NCBI GenBank assembly: GCA_964446835.1
Contig: CAYUQT010000053.1
Span: 949 to 64,948 of the forward strand
Source of the DNA: an uncultured Planctomycetales bacterium
Lineage (GTDB): Bacteria > Planctomycetota > Phycisphaerae > UBA1845 > JAFGLZ01
DNA length: 64,000 nt
Direction of reading: 5' to 3'
Shown here: in pieces, positions 46,337-55,830 of the stretch
Position numbering within the stretch: the first letter of the stretch is position 1
How the letters are laid out: each line of letters starts with the position of its first letter
Notes under the pieces: generated by a model
Told to the model about the DNA's origin: nothing
What the model saw: only the letters and a program-made list of their open reading frames with translations
The model's database searches: none
Translations under genes and position numbers: made by a program

Positions 46337-46998
46337 CTGCCCCGAGTATCGTCCAGTTCATCGATCACACGCTCTTGAGACCCGATGCCACGGTGTCCGA
46401 CATCGAGACGTTGTGTGACGAGGCCATTCGATATGGCTTCGTGGCGGTGTGCGTGAACCCGTGGCATGTGGCCCGATCGTCGGATCGGCTGAAGGGTTCA
46501 GACGTCGAGGTGTGCACGGTGATCGGCTTCCCGCTGGGAGCGAACACGACGGCGATCAAGGTGGCCGAGGCCCGACAGGCCATCGCCGACGGTGCCGATG
46601 AGCTGGACATGGTGCTCTCGATCGGGGCCCTGAAGGCGGGTGACGACGCCTTCGTTGAGGAGGACATCGCGGCAGTGGTTCAGGTGTCGGAGTGCAGAAT
46701 CGTCAAGGTCATTCTTGAAACCGGGCTGCTGACGAACGATGAGAAAGTGCGTGCCGCCCGTCGGGTTCGGGCCGCCGGCGCACAGTTCGTCAAAACCTGC
46801 ACAGGTTTCTCGGAAGGCGGCGCCACCGTCGAGGACGTCCGCTTGCTGAAGCAGACGGTCGGACCCGATCTGGGCGTGAAGGCCTCGGGCAAGGTCCGCG
46901 ACCTAGCCACCGCGATGGCGATGATCGAGGCGGGCGCCACGCGAATCGGCACGAGTTCCGGAGTGAAGATTGCCGAAGAGGAGAAGGCTGCCCGCTGA
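46333..46998 (+). CDS. deoC: Deoxyribose-phosphate aldolase
   Basis: 221 aa with IDHTLL, VCTVIGFPLG, ELDMV, KVILET and FVKTCTGF (Schiff-base Lys). ATGA overlap with rbsK. Confidence 0.9.
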   Translation: MTAPSIVQFIDHTLLRPDATVSDIETLCDEAIRYGFVAVCVNPWHVARSSDRLKGSDVEVCTVIGFPLGANTTAIKVAEARQAIADGADELDMVLSIGALKAGDDAFVEEDIAAVVQVSECRIVKVILETGLLTNDEKVRAARRVRAAGAQFVKTCTGFSEGGATVEDVRLLKQTVGPDLGVKASGKVRDLATAMAMIEAGATRIGTSSGVKIAEEEKAAR

Positions 46999-47051
46999 CG
47001 GCGTCGCGGCCCATCGGAATGATCTGCAACGGCAGGCGAGCGCGGAAGGGA

Positions 47052-48746
47052 TCAGAATTCTGCCTCGGAGAGATACCGGGCCCCGATCCGCATCGCCAGG
47101 ACGGCTATCAGCGGACCCACCAATAGTATGAGCGCCAGGGCCGGCGCCGTTACGGAATCCAACTGCAAGCCGCCCATCCGTGCCCCGCGGGCGGTCAGGA
47201 CGCCACCGACGACGAGAATCAGGATCACCAGGAGCACCGACGCGATCAGGTTGACCGTGCCGCCCAGGCCGCTGGCGATTCTCGCACCGTCGGACAGCCC
47301 GAACATCGGCAGCCGGGCACCCAGTCCGACCGACAGTCCGCACAGGCCGACGCACACGGAGAAGACCGACATCAGGTGAAGCGCCCACCAGATCGCCGGA
47401 AGATTCAGCATCGACATCGAGAGGACCGTCACGATCATCGCACACAGCAGTGTAGTGGTCAGTGCAAAGGCGAACTTGCACAGAAGCAGTTGCCGGCGCG
47501 AAATAGGCATTGGAACCAGCAGCCAGAGCTGTCGTCCCTCGAGAGAGACCATGGGAAAGACGAACCGTCCCGTGAAGGTGGCCAGGATCAGGCTGATGGC
47601 CGCAAGATTCAGAAACGCCACGAGCAATTGCCACTGGGACGACGAGATGTCGAGGGTCAGCCGGGGGATGTTGACCACGTAGAGGCCCAATAGCCCGAAG
47701 AGGATTGCCAACTGAGACCACTGAAGCGGGTCGCGGAGGAGTGCCCGGACATCCTTCAGGATGAGCCGCTGCGGCCTTCTCGGCAGATAGAAGAACAGGG
47801 CTCGCGTCAGCCATTCCGTCAGCCAGCCGCCGTTGGTGAGTATCCGCGAGGAGCGGGACTGTGCGCGGGTGTAGGCCTCGCTGAGCTTGCGTGAGGCGAT
47901 GGTGGTGGCCAGCCAGCTCAGGAATAGACCGTTGGCGAGCGTCACGATGAGGTAGAAGATGGCATCGGCCGGCCTGCCACGGGCGGAGGCGACGATGCCC
48001 TCGGTGACCCATGTGCTCGGCCAGAGCGGTCCTCGAATCGCCGACAACTGGCCGAAGAAGGTTTTCAGCCAGAGCGTGGTGTCCTCGTTGGTCTGGGTGT
48101 ACAGCCGGACGCCGAATCGCATAACCAATACAGTGCACGCCACGATGACGACGACGAGGAACCGGCGAGCCGATCGCGGGAAGTAGAGGGCCGCGATGTG
48201 GGCCGCCAGCAGCCCGAGGGCCCCCGGGATGGCCACGAACGACAGGAACAGTCCGAGGAAGACCGGGTAGAAGTACCAGGGCTCCTGACTGACGCTGGCC
48301 ATCGCCGCCATCAGCGGCAACCCGAGCAGGATGAGCGACCAACTGCTCAGGAAGAGGGCCTCGACGTACTTGGTGATGACCACATGCCAGGCCCTCAGGG
48401 GCACCGACATCAGGAAGATGGGTTCGCCTCCGCCGTAGAGTCCTGAGAAGCAGAGGATCCCCGTGGAGAACCCGAGCATCGCCATCAGGGCGATGAAGAA
48501 AAAGTGGAAGACGTAGGGTAGGGCGACGATCGATTCGAGGTGCCGAACCTGGATGACCTTGAAGACCTCATGGAACAGTACGTACAAGGCCGCCCAGATG
48601 AACAGGATGAAGGCGGTAATCGAGACCAGTCGCAGGGGTGATTCGCTCAGGTCCTGGCGCACGTGGTTTCGCAGTGCGACGGCCTTCATCTGAAGGACCG
48701 TCCACAGCGAGGACGGCTCCGGCGTTCCAGTAACCCGATCGTTCAT
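47052..48746 (-). CDS. Polytopic membrane protein, internally duplicated ABC-exporter-permease-like (no adjacent ATPase)
   Basis: 564 aa with about 12 hydrophobic segments in two similar halves. Confidence 0.7.
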   Translation of the reverse strand: MNDRVTGTPEPSSLWTVLQMKAVALRNHVRQDLSESPLRLVSITAFILFIWAALYVLFHEVFKVIQVRHLESIVALPYVFHFFFIALMAMLGFSTGILCFSGLYGGGEPIFLMSVPLRAWHVVITKYVEALFLSSWSLILLGLPLMAAMASVSQEPWYFYPVFLGLFLSFVAIPGALGLLAAHIAALYFPRSARRFLVVVIVACTVLVMRFGVRLYTQTNEDTTLWLKTFFGQLSAIRGPLWPSTWVTEGIVASARGRPADAIFYLIVTLANGLFLSWLATTIASRKLSEAYTRAQSRSSRILTNGGWLTEWLTRALFFYLPRRPQRLILKDVRALLRDPLQWSQLAILFGLLGLYVVNIPRLTLDISSSQWQLLVAFLNLAAISLILATFTGRFVFPMVSLEGRQLWLLVPMPISRRQLLLCKFAFALTTTLLCAMIVTVLSMSMLNLPAIWWALHLMSVFSVCVGLCGLSVGLGARLPMFGLSDGARIASGLGGTVNLIASVLLVILILVVGGVLTARGARMGGLQLDSVTAPALALILLVGPLIAVLAMRIGARYLSEAEF

Positions 48747-48886
48747 AGCGGCTTCTCAGACCCTCGAACACAGACTCCGCAGCCGATATCCTAGCATCCC
48801 GGTGATCGGAGAGGTAGGGCGGCAGAGGTTGCCGTCCGGGACAGGGGAAAGGAATCCGGGCGCAAGATCGTCGGGGTCGACGGGAG

Positions 48887-49378
48887 CTATTTCTTGCCCA
48901 TGGCCCGCTGGGCGGCGAAGAAGCCCCTGAGGAGGTCGGCGGCCTCGGCGTCGAGGACGCCACCCTGCGTGGGGACACGGTGGTTGAGCCGGGAATCCGT
49001 GGTGATGGAATAGAGCGACCCGCAGGCGCCGGCCTTGGGGTCGGTGGCACCGAAGACGAGCCGAGCGATCCTCGCCTGAACGATGGCACCGGCGCACATC
49101 GGACAGGGTTCGAGGGTAACATAGAGCGTGCAGCCGTCGAGACGCCACGTTCCCATCGCCTCGGCCGCGGCGGTGATGGCAATCATTTCGGCATGGGCCG
49201 TCGGATCGGCCAGCAGCTCCCGCTGATTCCGGCCGCGGGCGATGGCCCGGCCGTCGTGGACCATCACGGCGCCGACGGGCACGTCGTCATGATCGAGGGC
49301 CTCGACGGCCTCGCGAAGCGCCAGGCGCATGAAATACTCGTCCATCTGGGTCTGGGGCAGTTCGCCCGGATCGATCAT
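48887..49378 (-). CDS. tadA: tRNA adenosine(34) deaminase TadA
   Basis: Trimmed to [25 protein letters not shown] and PCPMCAG zinc motifs. The ATG overlaps the kinase TGA (ATGA). Confidence 0.9.
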   Translation of the reverse strand: MIDPGELPQTQMDEYFMRLALREAVEALDHDDVPVGAVMVHDGRAIARGRNQRELLADPTAHAEMIAITAAAEAMGTWRLDGCTLYVTLEPCPMCAGAIVQARIARLVFGATDPKAGACGSLYSITTDSRLNHRVPTQGGVLDAEAADLLRGFFAAQRAMGKK

Positions 49379-51573
49379 CTCAGGACACTCCGGGGGGCGG
49401 TGGTCGGAGCCGGCCGGCTGGTGGGTTCGGGGCCCCAGAAGGAGACCCTGGCCCGCCGTTGGGCGAGGAGGTCCATCGCCCTTTTGCTCTGGCGGAGGGC
49501 CTCGTCGGGAAGGCCCAGAAAGGCGAACGCCGAGGCGCGCAGCAGGTATCCGGAGACGAGATTGGTCGATTCGTCGGTCTTGGCCGCCGAGAGCAGCGTG
49601 AGGGCGGCGCGGGCGTTGGCCAGGGCTTCTTCGTAGTGGCGCATGTTGAGCAGGATCATCGAGCGGATCAGGTGCGCCGGAACGAGGTGAGGCTTGGCGG
49701 CCAGGGCCTCGTCCACCAGACCGCGGGCGATCTCGGGTCTGTGTCCGCACAGCACGACGTAGCTCAGCACCGCGTACAGGACCGAATGGTCGCCGTGGGT
49801 CAGGTCTCGAACCTGTTCCAGGTCGAGATCGCGGACTCGTTCGATCAGCACGTCCAGGGCTACCGGCGACATCGAAGACGCGCGGGACGGAGACGGCAGA
49901 AGGACGAGCAGCCCCAACAGGGCGGAGTGGGGCCGTCGCTCCCGGGCGGCATGGAAGTCGTCGGCATAGCCGGAGCGTCCCGCCTCAAAGCCCATGATCT
50001 CGCCGAGGTAGGAGCAGAGTCCTCGCGCCAGATACCCCGAGGGATCCTCTCGGGCCCGGCGGATCACCTCGCCGAAAGACACCTTCGCGCGGGGAAACTG
50101 ACACAGCGCCACTTCGGCGTAGGCCTTCTCCATCGATCGCTGAATCATCGACTTTCGTCGCATATCCCAAAGGCGATTGGCCTCGCGTTGAGCGAGCTGG
50201 AGTTCGCCGTCGTACTGCAGGTTCTGCCGAGAGAGGCGATACCGGTCCAATCCGGCACCGGTGAGCACGATGGCTACCGCCGCCAGCATGACCGTCTCGA
50301 AGGCGTGCCGCCGGATGAACTTGCTGGTGACGGTAACCAGTCCGGCCCGGCGAGCCCGAATGGCGTATCGCTGCACGAACCGTCGCAGGTCGTCGGCCAT
50401 GTCGCCCGCGGTCTGATAGCGATGGTTCGGATCTCGCTGCATCGCCTTGAGGCATACGGTTTCCAGGTCGTGTGGAATCCGTTTGTCGTTTTTGCGTGGG
50501 CGGCGCAGCCGGCCCTCCCGAATCTGGCTGATCACCTGTTCCCGCGTCTCGCCCACGTAGGGCGGCTGAAGGCACAGCAACTCGTACAGGGTTGCTCCCA
50601 GCGAGTAGATATCCGTCCGATGATCCAACGGCACCCGACCGGCTGCCACCTGTTCGGGAGACATGTAGAGCGGGCTGCCGAGGAACTCGCCGGCAATGGT
50701 CATCCCCGGCTGCTCCATCATGCGGGCGAGACCGAAATCGGTCAGGCTGAGCCGCCCCTCGGCCGAGAGGATCATATTGCTCGGCTTGACGTCGCGGTGG
50801 ATCACGCCGTGTTTGTGGGCGTAGTCGAGGGCCTCGGCCACGTCTGCGATCAGACGAGCCGTGAGGTCAAAACGCTTGCGGGGATCGCTGTGCTCGAGTT
50901 CCACGAGTTCGCGGCGCGTGTCTGAGCCGTTCGACGGACCTTCGGAAGCGCTCCAGCGCCGAATCACCCCCCCGAGATAGTTGGGGTTCGGCGCCCACCG
51001 GGCCCCCCGCCGATCGGATTCCCGACGTCGGCGCATCTCCCGGATCACCTGATCGAGGCCCGTGCCGTCAATCATCTCCATCGCGTAGTAGCGGAGTCCG
51101 GCGCTTTGGCCCTGCGCGAAGACCGACACAATATTTGTGTGATGAAGACGGGCGGCGGCCTGTGCCTCGCGTCCGAACCGCAAGACGCCCGCCGTTCTCG
51201 CTCCGAGGGGAACGTGCATGATCTTGAGCGCCACACGCCGTTTCAGGGATATCTGCTCCGCCTCGTAGACCGACCCCATGCCTCCGCTGCCGACCAGATG
51301 GCGGACCTCGAAATCCCCGATGACCTGGCCGATCAGCGGATCCCGATCCGGACCGACATCTTCGATCCGCAGGATCTCCGTCGCAGCCACCGTCTCCTGC
51401 TGAGAGGCGTCTTTGACCTCTTGCAGGATGTCGTCGAAGGGAGCCGCGTCGGCCAGACGTTCGGCGCAAGAGAGGCAGCCCTCGACGTGGCGATCGATGA
51501 ATTCCACTTCCGCCGGAGGGAGTTCGCCGGTGGCATAGCGGTAGAGCTGTGTGGAACTCGGACAGGGTGTCAC
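49375..51573 (-). CDS. Ser/Thr protein kinase with N-terminal HxxxCxxC (ZAS-like) segment, one TM and C-terminal TPR-like region
   Basis: 732 aa with HVEGCLSC at residues 29-36. Kinase motifs [29 protein letters not shown] segment [17 protein letters not shown] start overlaps the sigma-factor TGA. Confidence 0.9.
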   Translation of the reverse strand: MTPCPSSTQLYRYATGELPPAEVEFIDRHVEGCLSCAERLADAAPFDDILQEVKDASQQETVAATEILRIEDVGPDRDPLIGQVIGDFEVRHLVGSGGMGSVYEAEQISLKRRVALKIMHVPLGARTAGVLRFGREAQAAARLHHTNIVSVFAQGQSAGLRYYAMEMIDGTGLDQVIREMRRRRESDRRGARWAPNPNYLGGVIRRWSASEGPSNGSDTRRELVELEHSDPRKRFDLTARLIADVAEALDYAHKHGVIHRDVKPSNMILSAEGRLSLTDFGLARMMEQPGMTIAGEFLGSPLYMSPEQVAAGRVPLDHRTDIYSLGATLYELLCLQPPYVGETREQVISQIREGRLRRPRKNDKRIPHDLETVCLKAMQRDPNHRYQTAGDMADDLRRFVQRYAIRARRAGLVTVTSKFIRRHAFETVMLAAVAIVLTGAGLDRYRLSRQNLQYDGELQLAQREANRLWDMRRKSMIQRSMEKAYAEVALCQFPRAKVSFGEVIRRAREDPSGYLARGLCSYLGEIMGFEAGRSGYADDFHAARERRPHSALLGLLVLLPSPSRASSMSPVALDVLIERVRDLDLEQVRDLTHGDHSVLYAVLSYVVLCGHRPEIARGLVDEALAAKPHLVPAHLIRSMILLNMRHYEEALANARAALTLLSAAKTDESTNLVSGYLLRASAFAFLGLPDEALRQSKRAMDLLAQRRARVSFWGPEPTSRPAPTTAPRSVLR

Positions 51574-52211
51574 AGAAGCATTCCCTCTTGCCAGGCCTCA
51601 TCGATCTGCTTGACGAGTTCAGACACCCTCGCCAACACGCGCGACTTGCTCAGATAGACCATGTTCCGGGTGATGTTCAGTTCGGCAGCCACCTCGTCGG
51701 CCGACCAGCCCTGAAGGGTGTACAACTCGAATGCCCGAAGGCGAATCGGATCCGACTCGTCGCGGATCAGATCGAGGCAGTGACGGATCACCGCATGGCG
51801 CCACTCGGTTTCCCACAGTTCGTTGGTTCGATCCTGATCGGCGACGGACTCGATCGCCGGGGCCTTATCGCTCGACGGATCGCTCTTGCGCTCGCGCTGA
51901 CGGCGGCGATCGAGAATGTGTTGGACTTTGTGGTGGGCCAGCCCGCACAACCACGATCGCAGGCGCCCCTTCTGCCGGTCGTACTGACCCTCGCGATATT
52001 TGGTCACGAAGGTCACCATGGTCTCCTGCACGGCGTCATCCGCCTCGTGCTCGCGCAAACCGAGCTTCCGGGAGAAGCTCCTGACGATGGGGCCGTATCG
52101 CTCGAAGAACTCCGTCCATACCCGATCGTTGTGAGGATCGAGCAGCCCTTCCAGAAGCGACGTGCTGGTGACCTCCGGCGACATTCTGCGATGATGATCG
52201 GCCGGCTCCAT
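51570..52211 (-). CDS. ECF-type RNA polymerase sigma-70 family factor
   Basis: Region 2 (DAVQETMVTFV...WLCGLAHHKV) and region 4 (LRAFELYTLQGWSADEVAAELNITRNMVYLSKSRV). Start chosen at MEPADHH; the track ORF extends to 52286. Confidence 0.85.
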   Translation of the reverse strand: MEPADHHRRMSPEVTSTSLLEGLLDPHNDRVWTEFFERYGPIVRSFSRKLGLREHEADDAVQETMVTFVTKYREGQYDRQKGRLRSWLCGLAHHKVQHILDRRRQRERKSDPSSDKAPAIESVADQDRTNELWETEWRHAVIRHCLDLIRDESDPIRLRAFELYTLQGWSADEVAAELNITRNMVYLSKSRVLARVSELVKQIDEAWQEGMLL

Positions 52212-52316
52212 ACCATCAGAATACCACGAAGACCGATCGGCTCCAAAACGCCGATACGAGGTTGTCCCGAAACCTGTTTCGGACAACCGGTCCGTTTGAC
52301 CCGCCTCCGGCCGGAA

Positions 52317-53489
52317 TCAGCTCCCGGGATCGTTGCGAGATGCTCGTCGAGAAGCGGACCCTCTGGAAGAGGGCGGCGTCGCTCGCGCGGAGGCCGTCGA
52401 GTGGTGCAGCCACTCTCGGGCCAGCCTTTCCAGCTCGGGCCTTGCGTGGTCGAAGAAGAGCTGATATCCCCTGCAAAGATAGTTGGGCTGACCGTCGGGC
52501 AACCGACCCCCGAAGCGATCCCGCGGGCACCCGCCCCGGCAGAGCCCAAGGTGTCGACACTCGCGGCAGACGGACGGCAGGTCGGACTTCATCGACCGGT
52601 ACTCGGACCATCGGGGACTTCGAAAGACCGCGGACAGATTCCCCGATGTCAGATTGCCCAGACGCCACTCCGGCTGGACCAGGAAGTCGCAGGGGAAGAC
52701 ATCCCCGTTGTGCTCGATCAGCAGGCAACCCGCACAATCTCGCCGGAAGAGGCAGATCTCCGGTTCGATCCCTGCGGCGGCCAGCACGAAGTTGTTGAAC
52801 GTCCGGTCGTAGACCCGGGTCGGCCCGGCCGACAACCATTCGTCGAAGACCTCGCACATGAACCGGCCGTAGGCCAGCGGGTCGACGGCGTGTGCACCGG
52901 GCATCGATCGATCCAGCCCCGTTACGACGCATGGGATGAACTGGAAGAATTCTTCGCCCAGTTCTCGAAGGAAGCGATAGACCTCTTTCGCATGGTGGGC
53001 GTTGTCGTTGTGGACGAGCACCAGGACATTGTGCTCGACGTGATGCTCCTGGAGCAGACGGAGGCCGCGCAGGACGTCGGAGTAGCTGCCACGCCCGTCG
53101 GTGTACACGCGGTTCCTGTCGTGGATCTCCGGCGGGCCGTCCAGACTGATACCGACCAGCATGCCCCAGCGACGGAAAAACCGGCACCACGACTCATCGA
53201 TAAGGGTGCCGTTGGTCTGGAACATGTTGGCGATCTGCTGGCCTGGGCGGCGAAACGCCTGCTGATAGCTCACCGCCTTCTGGTAGAACTCGATGCCGGC
53301 GAGCATCGGCTCGCCACCCTGCCAGGAGAAATGCGGATGGGGGTGGGCGCTCTGACAGAAAGCACGCACCACCTGTCGCAGCACTTCGTCGCTCATGAGG
53401 CGAACCGGTTCGTCAAACTGGTTTCCCGTCTGACGGTAATAGCAGTACGTGCAAACAAGGTTGCACGTACCGCATACCGGTTTGATCAT
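52317..53489 (-). CDS. Radical SAM/SPASM anaerobic sulfatase-maturating enzyme (anSME-like)
   Basis: 390 aa with CNLVCTYC (Cx3Cx2C) at the N-terminus, GGEPML, and a Cys-rich SPASM C-terminus (CRECRHLGLCRGGCP). Confidence 0.8.
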   Translation of the reverse strand: MIKPVCGTCNLVCTYCYYRQTGNQFDEPVRLMSDEVLRQVVRAFCQSAHPHPHFSWQGGEPMLAGIEFYQKAVSYQQAFRRPGQQIANMFQTNGTLIDESWCRFFRRWGMLVGISLDGPPEIHDRNRVYTDGRGSYSDVLRGLRLLQEHHVEHNVLVLVHNDNAHHAKEVYRFLRELGEEFFQFIPCVVTGLDRSMPGAHAVDPLAYGRFMCEVFDEWLSAGPTRVYDRTFNNFVLAAAGIEPEICLFRRDCAGCLLIEHNGDVFPCDFLVQPEWRLGNLTSGNLSAVFRSPRWSEYRSMKSDLPSVCRECRHLGLCRGGCPRDRFGGRLPDGQPNYLCRGYQLFFDHARPELERLAREWLHHSTASARATPPSSRGSASRRASRNDPGS

Positions 53490-53547
53490 CGGCGAAGCGA
53501 GTACTTCGGCATTCGTGGCTGGGGCGATGGGTCGAGGACTCCGCCGT

Positions 53548-54165
53548 CTAGTCGGACTCTTCGGTCAGCATCACCATCCGGACCAACTGCGCCAGACTGT
53601 CGGCTTCCATCTTGGCCATCACCTTCGCGCGACGGGCCTCGATGGCCTTGCAGCCCAGTCCCAGTCGCTCGGCGATGTCCTTGTTCGACAGGCCGGAGGC
53701 CACCATCTCCATGACCTCGCGTTCGCCGCGGGTCAGGCGGGCCATTCGCTGGCGGACGGTCTCTTTGCGAACCCAATCCTTCCGTTTCTTACTGTCCAGG
53801 CTGATCGCCTGCTGCACCCTCTCCAGCAGGGTCTGATCGCGGAAAGGTTTCTCGATCATGTCGATCGCTCCGGCTCTCATGGCCCGGATCGCCATCGGGA
53901 TATCGCCATATCCCGTGACCACGATCGAGGGAAGCGCGATGCCCTTCAGGTTGAGCTGCTCGAGCAATTCCAGACCGCTCATACCAGGCATGCGAACGTC
54001 GACGACCAGGCAGCCCGATCGAGCGTCTTCGCACTTCTCCAGAAACTCTCGAGCAGACCCATACGTCTCTGTCGGCAGATTCACCGAGCGAAAGAGACTG
54101 GCCAGAGAGTCTCGGACATCCTGATCATCGTCAACAACAAATACCGTCGGTTCAGATGGGTTCAC
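53548..54165 (-). CDS. Response regulator, FixJ/LuxR (NarL) family
   Basis: 205 aa. Receiver domain (VVDDD..., VVDVRMPGMSG, K in IEKP) plus a LuxR HTH (LTRGEREVMEMVASGLSNKDIAERLG). Confidence 0.9.
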   Translation of the reverse strand: MNPSEPTVFVVDDDQDVRDSLASLFRSVNLPTETYGSAREFLEKCEDARSGCLVVDVRMPGMSGLELLEQLNLKGIALPSIVVTGYGDIPMAIRAMRAGAIDMIEKPFRDQTLLERVQQAISLDSKKRKDWVRKETVRQRMARLTRGEREVMEMVASGLSNKDIAERLGLGCKAIEARRAKVMAKMEADSLAQLVRMVMLTEESD

Positions 54166-54204
54166 GGCTACCCCTCAAAAAAGAGAACGGGACAACAGTA
54201 CTAC

Positions 54205-54226
54205 GACTCTTCTTGGACTCTTCTTG
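54205..54226. repeat. Perfect tandem duplication of the 11-mer GACTCTTCTTG, 40-60 nt upstream of the response-regulator start
   Basis: Read directly: 54205-54215 equals 54216-54226. Confidence 0.9.
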
Positions 54227-54624
54227 GCGACCGACGACTCGTGCACCGCTAACACGTCAAATTACTGCGGCGTCTGGATGTGCATGTTCAAAGTGAGTTG
54301 TTTTACATCGGCTACGCCTGAAACACCAACCTGCTACGTCAAGACTTGCCCCAATTCCAAGGCCTCTACTTCTAAAACGGAAGACATCATGGCGCAGGTA
54401 CCACGTCTCTCCCAACACGTCTAATTGACCCTTGTAACATAATCTTATCAGAACCGGCAAGAAAAAACCAAGGGGCACAAATGGTTATTTTGTGAACGGT
54501 CATGGAAGGGTCCCTTCCCATCTTAGTGGGGTATTTCGGGGCGTTCGGACCGTCTGCGACCTCAGGCCGCCGGACATCGCAAGCCGGCTCTATCACTGGC
54601 CGATAACAGAGTAGGTGGGCAGGG

Positions 54625-55800
54625 ATGGAACGGTATACTGCCGTGTCCGCCCTCCCCGATCGTTTGTCGGTTTGTCCGTTGGCCGGGTCGCTGGCAATCT
54701 CCAAAGGTCGCCGTGATTCTGGAGGTCCGATCGTGGGATTCTGGGACTGGCTATTCCCTCCTCGGCGCGATCGGGGACTCTGCACTCAGGGTCCAGGACC
54801 CACGTCATCGACAGAAGACTCATCCTCTTGTACCACAGCTACTTTGGAAGCCGAAGCCCCTATCGTGCCCGTACGACCCACCAATGATCCTCGATGGTGG
54901 CAACCCCGTGAGAACGCCCTTATCGAGCTCTGTCCACCGCCTCGTCCGGAGTTGACCGGTGAGGCCACGGCGCTGGAAAACCTGCTGGTTGACCACTTCG
55001 ACGGACACGACATGTCTTTGCCTCCCATGCCATCCGTACCGGAACGGGTGCTCCGACGGATGAGAGATCGTCGGTGCAATGCCGCCGGCCTGGCGGAGGA
55101 AATCGGGCAGGATCAGGTCGTCGCATCCGCCGTCCTGCGAGCGGTGAATTCGCCGGCCTTTCGAGGGATCGAGCAGATCACCTCGTTGCCGCTGGCGGTT
55201 GCCCGGCTTGGAGCCAATGCCCTTCGCGCGATCATGATGTCCCAGTCACTGCACGCGCTGACCTTCAATACGAAGGGCGGGAACAGGGCTTTTGCCCAGA
55301 GCCTGTGGCGACGGTCGGTGGCCGAGGCCCACATCATGTCGCTGTTGGCGCACCGGTTGTCACTCGACGAGGATACGGCGTTTCTGATCGGTCTTCTGCA
55401 CGATATCGGCAACACCGTGGTGCTGCGCATCGTCAGCGATCACGAGCGTATCTCGCGCTGGAAGGTGGACCCTCAGGTCTTTGAATACCTCTGCTATCAG
55501 TGCCACCAGGAATTCGGCGAACTGGTTGCCGAAGCATGGAATCTGCCCGAGCAACTCAAGGCGATCGTCTCGGAGCACCACATCTATCCCGACCCCGAGG
55601 CGCCCGATCGTACCGAGCGGTTGTGCCTCGAACTGACCGATATGATCAGCGCCTTGCTGGGGTACGCTTCATCGGCCAACTATGACCTGATCGGTTCGCG
55701 AGCTGCCGGCGACCTGGGGCTCAGCCAACGCAACGATTTCCCACAATTCCTCGATACCCTTCCCCGGCATCTCGACGAAGCCATCGATTCGCTCGAGTGA
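54625..55800 (+). CDS. HDOD domain-containing signalling protein
   Basis: HDOD core LAEEIGQDQVVASAVLRAVNSPAFRG...LLHDIGNTVV. The likely true start is GTG 54733 (GGAGG 7 nt upstream, in frame). Confidence 0.8.
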   Translation: MERYTAVSALPDRLSVCPLAGSLAISKGRRDSGGPIVGFWDWLFPPRRDRGLCTQGPGPTSSTEDSSSCTTATLEAEAPIVPVRPTNDPRWWQPRENALIELCPPPRPELTGEATALENLLVDHFDGHDMSLPPMPSVPERVLRRMRDRRCNAAGLAEEIGQDQVVASAVLRAVNSPAFRGIEQITSLPLAVARLGANALRAIMMSQSLHALTFNTKGGNRAFAQSLWRRSVAEAHIMSLLAHRLSLDEDTAFLIGLLHDIGNTVVLRIVSDHERISRWKVDPQVFEYLCYQCHQEFGELVAEAWNLPEQLKAIVSEHHIYPDPEAPDRTERLCLELTDMISALLGYASSANYDLIGSRAAGDLGLSQRNDFPQFLDTLPRHLDEAIDSLE

Positions 55801-55830
55801 AGCACGACGCAACGAAGCTGACCTTGTGTG

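Noticed and set aside
51549-53714. 721-aa plus-strand ORF
   Set aside because: It is antisense to the ECF sigma, anSME and response-regulator genes, all of which carry diagnostic motifs.
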